Of a DNA stretch of 64,000 bases, positions 31,266 through 46,781 are shown piece after piece. The notes beneath the pieces were generated by a model. The model was not told where the DNA came from and did no database searches. It saw only the letters and a program-made list of their open reading frames with translations. The position numbers and the translations under genes were made by a program. This DNA is from Salpingoeca rosetta (lineage: Eukaryota; Protista; Choanoflagellata), in contig JAWQFM010000011.1 in the NCBI GenBank assembly GCA_033442325.1, positions 1,318,201 through 1,382,200 of the forward strand, given 5' to 3'. Within the stretch, counting starts at the first letter, position 1. The number at the start of each line of letters is the position of its first letter.

Positions 31266-33103
31266 GTCGCAGTTGAACAAGATCCGTGACAGCGCTAGCT
31301 TGCTAGCGAGCGAGCAAGTCCGACAAGTCCAACAAGTCAAACAAGTCGCTCGCTGGTTGCTCGAAGTTGTGGTGCTGCTGGTGTTGTGTCGTTGATGGTT
31401 GTTTGGTTGGTGGTCGTTAGCCGAATGTAACCGATACGGACGATTCACCGTTTTGCCCGTGACTTTTCTACTGTGGTAAATTCAAGTCAATCCTGTTTAG
31501 TGCCAATTTCAAGGGGCGAAATTCGGTGCACCGATTGTCGCCTCAACGCGCGTTCGTTGCGAACACAAGCTGAAGCCACATCCACGAACGACGATAGCGG
31601 TTATGACGCGCCGACGCGTGCGCAGCGGCACGAGCAACAGCAGCAGCAGCAGCAGCAATCGGAGGCGAGGGAGGAGCGGAAGCCGCAGCACCAGCAATGC
31701 TGTCGGTGTTGCTGCTGGTGCTATCAGCAGCAACGGCGGCGGCGGTGGCGGCGACACAAAGAGTAAACGGGCGTCGAGGTCTGCCAGTCGAAACAGAGGC
31801 GCAGCCACCACTGCTGACACATCACAACACACAGCAACACCAGCAACAAGCACACGCGCAACAACGGCAAGCACAGCACACGCAGAGGCGCGAGGCCGAA
31901 TTGGGAGCAGAAGTGCTGCAAGTCGTGTGGGCAGATCGGCGGCAGCAACAACAACAACAACAACAACAACAACAGCAACACCGCCACGCCGCGGGCTGTC
32001 CTTCTTCACCCGCCGCGCCCTGCGCAAGAAACGGTGCGTTGTCCCTGACAAAACCCACAACACACAACGCCACCCAACTTCGCCACCCTGACATGCATTC
32101 CTTTGGTGGCGTTGTTGTCGTTTTGAAAGCAAAGCAGCCGCAAACCGTTTTGCGACCACCGCCACCATTACCCAAACACAGACCAAGCCTACGAGCAAGG
32201 CTGACCTTGTTTGGTGGTGGTTGTGGTGGTTGGTGGTGACCGCGTGTGTGCTTGTGTGTTTGGTTCTGGTGGCTGACCAAATCTCCCCGTCTCCGTACTC
32301 TCTCACGCACACTGTGTTGACAACGCGCGCTCTTTGCTTTGCTTGTTCCTCCACTCGCACCACACGCGTCAATTGCGCACTTTTTCCCTCCCTTGCTTTG
32401 TTTGGGTGCTGTTTCGTTTGCTTCTGAGCCACCACCTCCTCCTCCACCTCCTCCTCTCTCCTGCACCTGCTTTGTGTTGGTTGCGACCGACCACCCTTAT
32501 TCTTCGACGTCGCCTCATCTCCACAACATCCCTCACACTTCACACGCCAACCAAACACTCACTCTCGCGGGATTATCATCGACACGGGGATTCATCTCAC
32601 CTCACCCACCGGACCTTTGATCTTGCTCGCCGTGTTGGCTCCGTGTGACTTGACTTGACTTAACTTGACTTGACCGACTGTGGCTGACCGACTGACTGCT
32701 CTTCCACCTCATAGGTGAGTGAGTGTGTATGTGTATGTGTGTGTGTGTGTTGTGATGCGGTTTGTTGGTGTTGGAGGAGCGGAGGGGGGTGCAGAAGGGC
32801 GTCGGGGAGAGGCGGGAAGCGAAGGCTGTGGTGGTTTCGTGGTCTTTCTCCCGTCCCGAACGAGCCACGCACGCAAGGCGGCAAACCACTTGCACCCCAC
32901 AGACACATTCATTGGTAGCGCGCATGTGCACACACTCACACACACACTCACACTCACGCACACACACGCATACATACATACACATACACATACACATACA
33001 CATACACGCACGCATACACATACATTAACACGCACACGCACGGATACATACACATACACATACACATACATTCACACACGCACGCCCCAACAGGAAAGCA
33101 ATT

Positions 33104-33296
33104 ATGCAGGCCGGGATCAACGCGCACGCGAGCGCCGACGAAAGCGAAAACCGCTTCCACACAGAAGCATCGTCAGGCACCAGCAAGCAGACTGACCAGC
33201 TGCCAACATTTCTTGATATGCAGCTTCCCCAACAGGGGCAGCAACACCACCACCAACAACAACAACAACAACACACAGAGAACCACCACCAACAGC

Positions 33297-33375
<79 letters not shown>

Positions 33376-33382
33376 GCAGCAG

Positions 33383-33423
<41 letters not shown>

Positions 33424-33652
33424 CTCAGATCAGCAGCAACAACAGCAGTCGCTGCCCACACTTTCACACGAGGCATTCTCCAATGCACTCACAGACACAG
33501 ACGTACGTCCATGATACTGGATGCTGCTTGATCTGCGCTTCCTTTGTTGAATGCGATTTTGTCGTGCTGTGTATGTGTGTGTGTGTGGGTGTGTGTGTTG
33601 AGGTTGTTGTTGCTTGTTGTTCTCTTCACGTCCCATCCTGTCTCACGTAGCG

Positions 33653-33707
<55 letters not shown>

Positions 33708-35960
33708 GATCTCATCTGTTTATCTGTTTCATCGATACAACACCAACACCCCACTTCCCTCCCCAACACTTGCAACCCACACGCGTGTGCAGACGGCCGA
33801 GTTTGAGATGGCAACTGCGCCGTCGCAGCCACGCCCGCAGTCTCCAAAGCGGCCCACACTCAAGATCCGCTCCCGCTCCAACTCCCCCAGCCCGCGCGCC
33901 GTCCCATATGCAGACGTGCACGCGCACAGGAGACGTGCCCACTCGTCCTCGCTCGCCAACAGCACATCTGCTGGCAGCGCACGCAAGCCGCCGAACAAGG
34001 AGTTCCGCCAGCGATGCTACACGACGCCAGACAACGCGTACGTCCAGCACGTTAATGTGCAATTGTGTATGTGTCTGTCTGTCTGTCTGTCTGTGTGTCT
34101 GTGCGTCTGTGTGTCTGTGTGTGTCTGTGTGTGTGTGTCTGCGAGCAACTGCATGCACAGTTGCAGCGCGACAAGTCCGCACCCATGTGACATCTGCCTT
34201 CAACAGTGCCCTCACACCTACATCACTGCCGCGTTTTGTTCCATCCACCCCCCCCCCCTTTTCCTTCCCCCTCTGTACAACAACAGCAACCTGCCTGACT
34301 ATGCAGCCAAACCAGTGCTCCGCTCGCCTTACGATGACAACGAGTTGATGCCACCGCCGCCGCCGCCGCAGCCACAGAATGTGCGCTATGTTGTCAACAC
34401 GAAGATTGAGGATGATCTCGCAAAACTCTTCAACGTCGCCCTTGGCGGCCTGGCCGCACCCACATCCCGTGAGTGTTGTTTTGGTCGCGCATTGCGTCAA
34501 ATTGTGTCTGCCTGTGTGTGTGGGTGTGTGTGTCTGTGTGGGTGTGGGTTTGTCTCTGCGTGTCTGTGTGTGGATGTCTGTGTTTGTCTCTGTGTGTCTG
34601 TGTTTGTCTCTGTGTTTGTCCGTGTGTGAGTCTGTTTGTGTCTGTGTGTGTGTGTGTGTGTCTGTCTGTCTGTCTGTATTTGTTCTTGTGTGTCTGTGTG
34701 TCTGCTTTTGAGAGGGAGGGGTAGGTCTCCAGGTACGTGATAGCATCCATATTCACCGTGTCCACCCCCTTCACCATCGTCACCAACCACATCAGAACCG
34801 CCACTGCGCAACCGCGATCTCCCCGATTCCTTTTGGAACCCGGCCAGCAAATCGGTTCGTGGCAGCGCCGTCTTGGTGTTCTCAAGTGATGGGATGACCA
34901 AGTCGATCACTGCAACAACTCGCATGTACTTGCACACAATCGCAAACACGCACACGCACACGCACACGCACACGCACACAATCGCATACACATACACACA
35001 AGAACCCCTCACTCCCCACCTCACCAAAACCTCCTTTCACGTTGCAGATGGTGGCCACGCTCGGCGAGCAGCTGATGCAGCCCAACAGCAGCAGCAGCAG
35101 TAGCAGCGCTGCGCCCGCAACATCAAACCTGGGACGCACCGTGTACACCCCCGAGAAGGGTGTGGTGGTGACATCGCAGTCTGTGTCGGCGTCACCGCAG
35201 CAGTACTCGCGCAGCAACACCATCTCCACGGCCTCCCCCGCTGGCGCGCGCTATGTCAGCAGCAGCAGCAGCAGCAGCAACAGCATGCAGGGGGTGCGGC
35301 AGTTTCCTCACCGCCATAACAGCGCCAGCCACCACCATAGCCATCAGCATCAGCAGCACCGCGCGTCGTCATCGAGTGTGCATGCCACGCCGGTGCGTTC
35401 CGCGACACAGCCTGCGAGCTCCCTGGCCAACTTCCGGAGCGGCAGCTTTGGTGGCCCCAGCTCATCGTCCGTCAAGCAGTCGCTGTTCCAGCCCATGTCC
35501 ACCTCCGCCAGCACATCCGTTGCCACCAGCACATACAACACGGCCACGACGGTGTCCAGTGCACAGGCCACGCGCGCCTTCACCTCCACCATCCCGGCGT
35601 CTTCGTCGTCCACGTCGTTCCAGCCGGCCGACGACCACACTGTCAGCAGCACCGTCACATGCACGTCAACCGCCCTCCCCACGGCAGGGCACGGCCAGAA
35701 CCAGCGCACGCACGCGCTCAACGCAAGCCCAGAGAGCATGCAGAAGCACGAACTCAACACGGCGTTTGTTCGCCCGTTTGACAAGAGCGCGCACCACACA
35801 GCGGACGCCCCACGCGAGGCAGACATCACACCCCCGGATATGCAGCTTCTGCATGACACGAGCGACCCTTTCGCTCTCACTGCCGGCCGCTCCAACACGC
35901 ACTCGCCCTTCACTCTCCCAGACTTTACCGGCATGAACGGCTCCCCCAACAACTCAGACG

Positions 35961-36021
<61 letters not shown>

Positions 36022-36681
36022 TGGGTGTGGGTGTGGGTGTGGGTGTCTTGTGTTAGTGTCTTTTGTTAGTGTCTTTTGTTAGTGTCTTTTGTTCGTATCT
36101 TGTGTCTTGTGTGTGTGTGTGTGTGTGTGCTCGTGTTGTGGCGTTTGGTTACGTGTGTGTGCGTACATGGCAGACCAAACGTGCACTGCGCTGCGTTGTT
36201 AAATATGCGCGCAGTTGCACTGTTTCAGGCCTGGCTTCCTTCCCACGCTTTTCTTCTGGTGCCCTGTGTATCCAACTCTTGCACGGCCTCACACACACCA
36301 TCCACCCACCATGGTTACATCCACTCGCATGCGCCACGGGGTATCCAGCTCCCTGCCTTGCCTGATTTCACGGGCTCCTTCGAGGGCACGGACGACGGCA
36401 TGGATCTGTTTGGCAACGTGGGCGACCTCATTGACGCAGAGCTCACGCTCCTCGGAATGCCGGACGCGAACCCGGGCCTGTTTGAGGACTTTGCTCGCCC
36501 GTTTGCACAGCACAGCGACAGCCAGCAACAATCACACCAGCAGCACCAACAACAGCAGCAACAGTCGCAACAGCAATCACAACAACAGCAGCAGCAGCAG
36601 CAGCCGCGTCGTGCGTCGTCAACGCAGCACATGCATCATTATCAGCGCCACTTCAACGTGCAGCACACAACAACCCTGTAG
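33104..36681 (+). CDS. YAP/Yorkie-like TEAD-binding-domain protein without WW domains (~710 aa, polyQ and Ser/Thr-rich)
   Basis: Six exons with consistent phases: 33104-33502, 33793-34037, 34287-34468, 34796-34854, 35048-35962, 36349-36681 (2133 nt). Exons 3-4 encode [45 protein letters not shown]; YAP has [22 protein letters not shown]...VPMRLRKLPDSFFKPP. A likely 5'UTR intron spans 32715-33093. Confidence 0.8.
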
Positions 36682-37310
36682 AGATGGGTCGCCATCCCGC
36701 TTTCACTCACCACACGAGGCCAAAGCGTTTGCGTTGCGGTCCTCTGTTGCGGTGCCTTTTGTTGTGTGTCTTGTGCCGGTGTCGGGTTTGGTGTTGTTCT
36801 TTACAGTTCCGTTGGCGGCCCGACAAGAACAGGGTCTATGTGTGCACACACACACACACACACACGCAAACACACACACACGCAAACAGACAGTCACGTT
36901 CACACACACACACACACTATAGCACATGGACGCAGTGCAGTGCTGTGCGTGTGATGCTGTTGTTTGATGTTGACAGGTGCACGCTGCTTGACTTTGTCGT
37001 GCTTGTGGCTGCGCTCATCATCCATCACCTGACTTCGTTTTCACTTCTTTCCACCTTTTTCTTTTCCCTCCTTCTTCTTTTGTTTGCCTTTTCGTTGTTG
37101 TTTGAAGCATTCATTGACTTGTTTACAACACATCGCTCGCCCTCACTTGAGTTTGTTTGCCCCCCCCCCCCTTACATCTTCGTGTCGCAGTTGGTTCTGT
37201 CTCCTCGCACTGTTTGTCACCTTCGGTCAACTCACTCACCCATTTCACCAGCGTTGAAGAAAGTTTGCATTGTTACCCATTAAACTTCACGAACAACAAG
37301 CAGCAAGACG

Positions 37311-40296
<2,986 letters not shown>

Positions 40297-41664
40297 GCAT
40301 ACGCTCAAGTACCATTGCGCTTCCGCCAACCAATCAATCGTATTTGTTTCTTTCACAGTCTTGCTCTGCCCTCTTCCATTCCTTCCAACACACACACGCG
40401 CACACATACACACACGCAGACATACACACACACACACTGCGCATGCAAGCAAGTACGGCATTTATTCCCTTTGTTACTACATTTCTTGCGTTTTAGTGGC
40501 TGACGTGCTTTGGAGACGGATGTGTATTGGCTGTGTGCGTGTGTGCAATGATGACGGTCGTAAACCAGCCCCATCAGCACACTTATGCGCGCACAACGCA
40601 CGAATACATGCACCGTGAAATGCAATTGCATGAAACTCAAGGATGTTTCGAAGAACGAAGCGAGCCAACGAGAGGAAGAGAGAGAGGGGGGGGGCACTGA
40701 AACAGAGAGACAATAAAGACACAGAGCTAATAGGAAACTGTGTCCGTGTCGACATTGCAAACGCAGTAACGAGGCTCGCTGTCAAAGGACATGCATGAAA
40801 CTACACAACATAAACAAAAATAGATGGACTGAGGTAGAGAAGTGTCACAACTGCTGCTGCTCCAACAAATAACAAACGAAAACACACACACACACACACA
40901 TGGCACACGTACTGCTCAGTTGGTCAAAACATCACCACAACCAGACAACTGTTGCAAGATCAATCCGTCGTGGTAACAACACTCCATCACTGACACACAC
41001 ACATACAGAGAATGCTGCAACTACAGAAGTGACATAATCGAAACAAAAGCAAAGCAATCGAACGAATCAAAACCAACTGGTGGAAGGGAATCAATACCAA
41101 ACGTAGTGAAAAGGCCCATCGCCCCCGTGAAACGGACAACGCCCCCCAGCATGTCTGAAACACGCAAGGGGGGGGGGAATACAATGATTGTGGTCACCAT
41201 GCACGCATGCAGGAGTGCATGGCGTACTAGTGCGACTTGCAAACGCTTAAACTCCAAAGAGGGGGGGGGGGAGGGGAAGGAAGGGGGTGTGTCAAACAAA
41301 AACACAATACGACACCAGAAGAGGTGGATGGGAGACAAGACGGGACAGACATGAGTGTGATATACTCGTGCGAGTGCGCCACCTTCCGCACAGGCATGGC
41401 TGTCGGTGGACGCTTGGGGGTCAGCAAATCAACTTGGCCAAAGCCAACAAGAAGGGAAGAGGAAAATTGGGGCAAAACCTCACCAAAGGGAGACGCAACA
41501 CAAGCGAATCATACACGCCATACCACAAGGCGGCAGCTTAAGGTCGCTGTAGCACGGGCCGTGTGCGTGTGAGATAGCCCTTTGCATGTCTCAGTGCTGT
41601 TGTCGATAGCGCTCTAACACGAATCATCATCATCATCATCATCACCACCACACCATCACCATCG

Positions 41665-44082
41665 TCACGCGTCTGATTGCTCGAGAGCAACGTCGCCCTT
41701 TGCCGCCGAAGTGGCCGGCCGCTTTGGAACAGGTGAGCTTGGCGGCGATGATGCAGTCGTTGACAACGCGTGACCACCCTTGCTGGTACTGATGCTGGTA
41801 GTGGTGCTGGTAGTGATGTTTTTGCTGGTGGTGGTGGTGTTGTTGTTGTCGTTGTTGCTGCTGCTGCTGTCGCCGTTCGCTGTTGCTGTTGTGGGCGTGT
41901 TGCGGTGGGTGTGCAGCTGCATGCAGTGGGCGAGGAGCGTGGTGACACGGCGCTCAAACGCGTCCAAGAACGTGGCGGGGTCAATCTTGCCCTCCAAGTA
42001 CTCAGCGCACATGTCTGCTGCCTCGTGCACGCCTTCCTCTGTCACAAGCGCCTGGTGCACGTAGAGACTGGTCATGTCCGCGTCCACATCAAACTCGGCC
42101 TCGTAGCCCGTGCCAAGCTCGAGCAGAACCTCGACGTAGTCGTACGACGGCACGAGCAGGTTGGTGAAGAAGTGGTCGTCAACAGGTGGCAGCATGCTGC
42201 GTCGCCGCATTGCTGCTGGGGAGGGCAGCGAGCTCTTTCGCCTGCCCACCTCCGTGAACGACGAGCCGACACACGCGCTGCCGCGGGGTGTGCGGGGTGC
42301 AGATGTGGCCAGCGTGAAGGGCGCCAGCGTGTATGAGCCGCGTGGGTTGCCTGCATGCATCGCTACGCCGTTTGCGAAATGGCCGGGCGCGGTTGCGGAG
42401 AGGCGGGATGCTGCGGTGGTGGTTGTGCTGTGCTTCATCGCCGGGTTGATCGCTGGGTTGCATGAGCGCCGGTGCTGGTGGTGCTGGTGGTGGACTTGGT
42501 GGGACGACCGCCTGCTTGGGTCACTGCTGCGGCTGGCGCTGCTGGTGGTGGTGGTGGTGGTGGTGGTTCGTTCAGCGAGGCTGCTCATGGCAATGGCGTG
42601 GACGCTCGCACGGGTGCGTGGCGCTGCCGTGCCCTTGGGCGTGCAGAGGCTGAGGGAGGGGCGGCGTGCTGCTGGCGAGGACGACGACCCCGACGACTGG
42701 CGCTTGCGTGCAGACCAGACGACGCGCTGGCGGCCGCAGCCGAGCATGTCGACACCGCAGCCGGGCTGCTGCATAAACCACGACGCCGGGCGATGGGCGA
42801 GCCCTTGCTGGCGCGCGAGGGCGTCCAGGATACACGCGGCAATGAGCTTGGTGCGGCCATACTCCATGCCAATGTTGAGGTTGCGCGTGGTGAGGCTGAG
42901 CAGGCGCTGGTACTCCTCGCGCGTGCGGCAGCTCTCAAACTGGTGGAACACGCGGGAAGGGTCTGACTGCAGGAAGAGGTAGAAGCGCACGTTGGCCAGC
43001 ATGGCCTTGGCGTAGTCGGCAAAGGTGAAGGCGGCTGCGTCACGCAGGGAGCGGTGGATTTCCGGAAGCAGCTTCCACGAGTTGGTGAGGAACCAGCGGG
43101 TGTCTGTGGACGCAAAGTTGCCCACGTCACGCTCGGCAACGAGGCAGGCCACCTCCACGGCAAGCTTGGCCTGGTGGCGCGTGTATGTGTCGCTGAGACC
43201 GGGCACAATGTCGGTGGCGGCGAGCGCGCGCTCAAGGAGGTCGTTGTAGACGCAGGGGCCGCGAAAGGGGATGGTGGCCTCAATGCAGATGACAATCTCA
43301 AAGAGCGCCGCGGAGGAGACGAGTGCCTGCAGGCACTGTGCGGCGAGGAGGGCGCTGAGAAACTCGTTGACGCCTTGCTGGCCCGTCTTGAGGAGTGTGG
43401 CGTCCTCCCAGCCGAAGATGGCGCGACACAAGCGCAGCGGCAGCGGCTGCTGGTCTGTGGCGAGGGTGTACATGGGCCTGTCCTCGCCGCTGGGCCCGCG
43501 TTCCGCTCCCGATGTGGTGACGCCCGCGCGGGAGAGCTCGCCCATGACGAGAGGATGCACGCCATCGTCAATCTGCAGGTAGACGACGTCGTGGAAGACA
43601 CCAGCGAGGCAGGAGATGGGCTGCGTCTCCGCAGACACGAAGAGATCAAACACGTGCCGTGTGGCGTGGTACACGCGATTTGGTGTGCCCATAGCGGAGC
43701 AGATGATGGTGGCGAGCCTGTCAATGTGCTCGTCTGTGACGTCGTTGCACTCGAGTGCATCAAATGCCTGTCGCATGGCCACCGTAACGCGCTCCTTCTC
43801 CGCGAGCGGGGGCATTGCTGTTGCTCTTGTGTTGGGCTCTGACTTTGCAAATTGGTGACATGATGTGGGTGAGGTTGGCTTATCGGCCATGTTGTTGTCG
43901 TTATTGCCGCTGTTGTTGTTGATGCAGGGTTTGCTGTTTGTGGCGGACACGTTGTGTGCGATGATGGTGTTGGTGGAGTTGTGGCGTGAGGACGGTTTGC
44001 TCGCCCTGGCGATCGCCGGCTGGGTTGCGGTGGTGGCGGCTTGAATGGTACTTGCGTTGGCGTTCATCCCAAGTGTTGACAT
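41665..44082 (-). CDS. HD-superfamily metal-dependent phosphohydrolase-like protein (805-aa uninterrupted ORF; small upstream exons possible)
   Basis: Long, non-repetitive ORF with RVYHATRH...LAGVFHDVVY...GVNEFLSA...CIEATIPF...AERDVGNF...WKLLPE, i.e. H...HD...D spacing. An AG acceptor lies just before GT-ATG at 44082, so an upstream exon may exist. Confidence 0.8.
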   Translation of the reverse strand: MSTLGMNANASTIQAATTATQPAIARASKPSSRHNSTNTIIAHNVSATNSKPCINNNSGNNDNNMADKPTSPTSCHQFAKSEPNTRATAMPPLAEKERVTVAMRQAFDALECNDVTDEHIDRLATIICSAMGTPNRVYHATRHVFDLFVSAETQPISCLAGVFHDVVYLQIDDGVHPLVMGELSRAGVTTSGAERGPSGEDRPMYTLATDQQPLPLRLCRAIFGWEDATLLKTGQQGVNEFLSALLAAQCLQALVSSAALFEIVICIEATIPFRGPCVYNDLLERALAATDIVPGLSDTYTRHQAKLAVEVACLVAERDVGNFASTDTRWFLTNSWKLLPEIHRSLRDAAAFTFADYAKAMLANVRFYLFLQSDPSRVFHQFESCRTREEYQRLLSLTTRNLNIGMEYGRTKLIAACILDALARQQGLAHRPASWFMQQPGCGVDMLGCGRQRVVWSARKRQSSGSSSSPAARRPSLSLCTPKGTAAPRTRASVHAIAMSSLAERTTTTTTTTSSASRSSDPSRRSSHQVHHQHHQHRRSCNPAINPAMKHSTTTTAASRLSATAPGHFANGVAMHAGNPRGSYTLAPFTLATSAPRTPRGSACVGSSFTEVGRRKSSLPSPAAMRRRSMLPPVDDHFFTNLLVPSYDYVEVLLELGTGYEAEFDVDADMTSLYVHQALVTEEGVHEAADMCAEYLEGKIDPATFLDAFERRVTTLLAHCMQLHTHRNTPTTATANGDSSSSNNDNNNTTTTSKNITTSTTTSISTSKGGHALSTTASSPPSSPVPKRPATSAAKGDVALEQSDA

Positions 44083-45859
44083 ACCTATGCATGGTGGTGT
44101 GTGTGGTGGGGGGGGGAGGGTAGGAGGGGAGAGGGAGGGAGGAGGAGGGAGAGAGGAGGGGGAGAGAGAGCGCAGCCAACGAGCAGAAGGAAGTTGAGGT
44201 GAGTTGGTGGGTCAGATGGGCAACGTGATGTGTGGGGGCGGGAGGTGGTGGTGATCGTGCGTGATGGCAGTGTTGCAACAGCAAAGTGGCTAATGGCAAG
44301 TGGCTGATGGCAAGTACGTAGTGGCACAGCAAGCATGCAGTGCCATAAAGTACGAAGTCGCTCATCGATGCGCACACGCACACGCACACGCACACGCACC
44401 ACGCACACAACAACAATGACATGTGGTGGAGACACAATCATCCCCTCGCTACATGCACACCCTCGACTCACGTCAACTCACCAAGCAATGGCAATGCTTG
44501 CGCGCGTGTATGTATGTGTGTATGTGTGGTGATGTGATTGGAGTGTTGGGGAGAGGCTTCACGAAGCACAAGCGTGGGTGGCACCGCAGCAAGGGTTGGT
44601 GGTTTTGGTTGCTGCTTGATGGAAGTGTTTGCGTGTGGGGAACGTGAGGGTGGTTGGAGAACACGGTTGCTCTTGTGTAAATGATCGTGGAGGCGTGTGC
44701 CGGTGTTGCTCGTGTGCGCTATGCGTGATGTTCTGCTTACCGAGCTTCGACGGCCTGTTGCTGCAAGCTTGGGGTGGCTGGATGCCTCTTTCCTCAGGCC
44801 GAGACGTTCTTGCACAGGGCACGGAGGATGGTCGGGTTAAGTAGGTGGACCTTGACGTCGTCGCTGTTGTCGTCGTCGTGTGCCCTTGCGTTGAATGTTC
44901 CAAATGAAGGCAGATGACGCTGCTGGCGGCGATGATGAAAAGGAGGAAAGGGTGTCTGGGTCGTGTGCTGGGATGGGGTTGGTATGCGTGAGCCAACACG
45001 AAGAAGATGTAAGATGTGTGCAAACCGGTCCTGCTTTGCGTCAACGGCGCGCGCGTATATGGCCTGGCTGGGTGGTTGGATCAATCGGACTGTGGAAGGA
45101 GAAGAACATGAAAGTAGAAGAACAAGTCGAAGAAGAAGCAGCAAGAAGTCGAGGGAGAAGTGGAAGAAGAAGAAGAGGGAGCGAGCAGGGCGCAGAAGTA
45201 CCCCGAACACGGAGAGAAACAGTGAGTGGGTGAGTGAGTGAGTGGTGATCCTCCTTTTCTTGCACGGATGTGGATTGTGTGTTGTTGTGTGGCCGCGTGC
45301 CTTCGCAAGAACGCAAACGCGCGAGGGATGTGGGAAGGAAACAGCGCAGGGTGCGATAGTCGTCGTCGCAGTCGTGGCCGCAAACAGCATGTGCGTACCT
45401 CTTGCGCGGTTGTGTGTGTGTGTGTGTGATTGGGAGACGCGCAGAACAACCGCACGAACAGAACAGAGGCACAAACAAAACACTCTGGCTTTGGAATGCC
45501 TTGCTTGAGGGAACAGGCAATTGGAATGAAAAGGCGGGCTCACCAATTGCCGGTATCGCAGCAGCCGCCCAATCCAGTCTCTCGCACCACCACCACCACA
45601 GCTGTGTTGGGTTGTGTGCGGTGGTTGTTGGTTGGCTGGTTGGTGTTGGGTTGTGGTGGGGTGGCATGCATGTAAAATGGTCAAAACACCACGCATGAGC
45701 CAGAAGAAGCAGCAAGCACAATCAAGCAAACAGAACACCAAAGGCATCCATTCAGAACATACCAGCCACTGAGCCACGCACGACTTGCTTCTTGGCTTGC
45801 TGTGTTGTTGATGCTGTGTGTGGAGTCTGGAATGTTGGGATCGTCAAGGCAAAGCAGTG

Positions 45860-45898
<39 letters not shown>

Positions 45899-46740
45899 GT
45901 TGTTGTTGTTGTTGTTGTTGAGAGAGACGCAGGCACATAGCCAGTGAAATCCCTTACGACAGCGCACCCAACCACGCTCGCCACCTCCCAACCACCACCC
46001 AACCCAACCTCGGCCAAGCCCACAATATGCGGTGATTCGGTGGCGATGGTCAGGGTTTGGCTGGTTTTTTGAAACAGTGGTAGCTGGCCTTGGGGTTTCG
46101 TCATGCGGTTGGAATGCGAGCGGGTGTGCGTTGTGTGTGAGAGGTGTGAGATGTGGTGTGAAAAAGGAAACGACGACAACGTGCATGCAGTGTGTTTTGC
46201 CCAGGCAGACGAACGCAAGCATGCACGCATAGCACAAGCACATACAGAACAGACGCACGCGCGTTCACACAACAACCACAAGGCACGTGGAAACGATGAC
46301 GACTGACCTGCCCTGAAGCCAGCTCACTGACCAATCGTATGCAAGCAAGCTGAGCGTCGGAGAAAAAAAAAGGATGAACAGCAATGCATTGCTGACCAAC
46401 CCGCCCGCCGCTGGCCCGTGGTTTGGTGGGATGATGGGAGGGCAGGCAGGCTGACTTGCTTTTGACGGTTGCGCGGCTGGTGCTGCTGGTGGTGGTGTTG
46501 CAGATTGCCGGACACCAACGTCTGGATTGTAGAAAGTTTGATGAAAATTTCTCATGATTATCTACAACCCTGACGAATAATCCACCAGGATGACGAACGA
46601 GAAGCTGCAAGCAAGCAAGCTGTTTGTTCGGGGGGGCTTGTTGTGGTGTGCCCTTGTTGCAGCCGTGTTTGTGAATGAGAGAAGACGGGGAGAGCGCATG
46701 GGACGATGAAAGTGGGGTGCAATGTGTGTGTGTGTGTGTG

Positions 46741-46781
<41 letters not shown>

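Noticed and set aside
31473-32558. 160-350 aa ORFs on both strands between IFT54 and the YAP-like gene
   Set aside because: Low-complexity CAG/CAA-driven frames with no domain motifs; more likely 5' leader or promoter. A uORF at 31603 cannot be excluded.
42585-43850. 421-aa alternate-frame ORF and antisense ORFs over the HD gene; similar shadows over RTK exons
   Set aside because: Expected by-products of GC3-rich codon usage.
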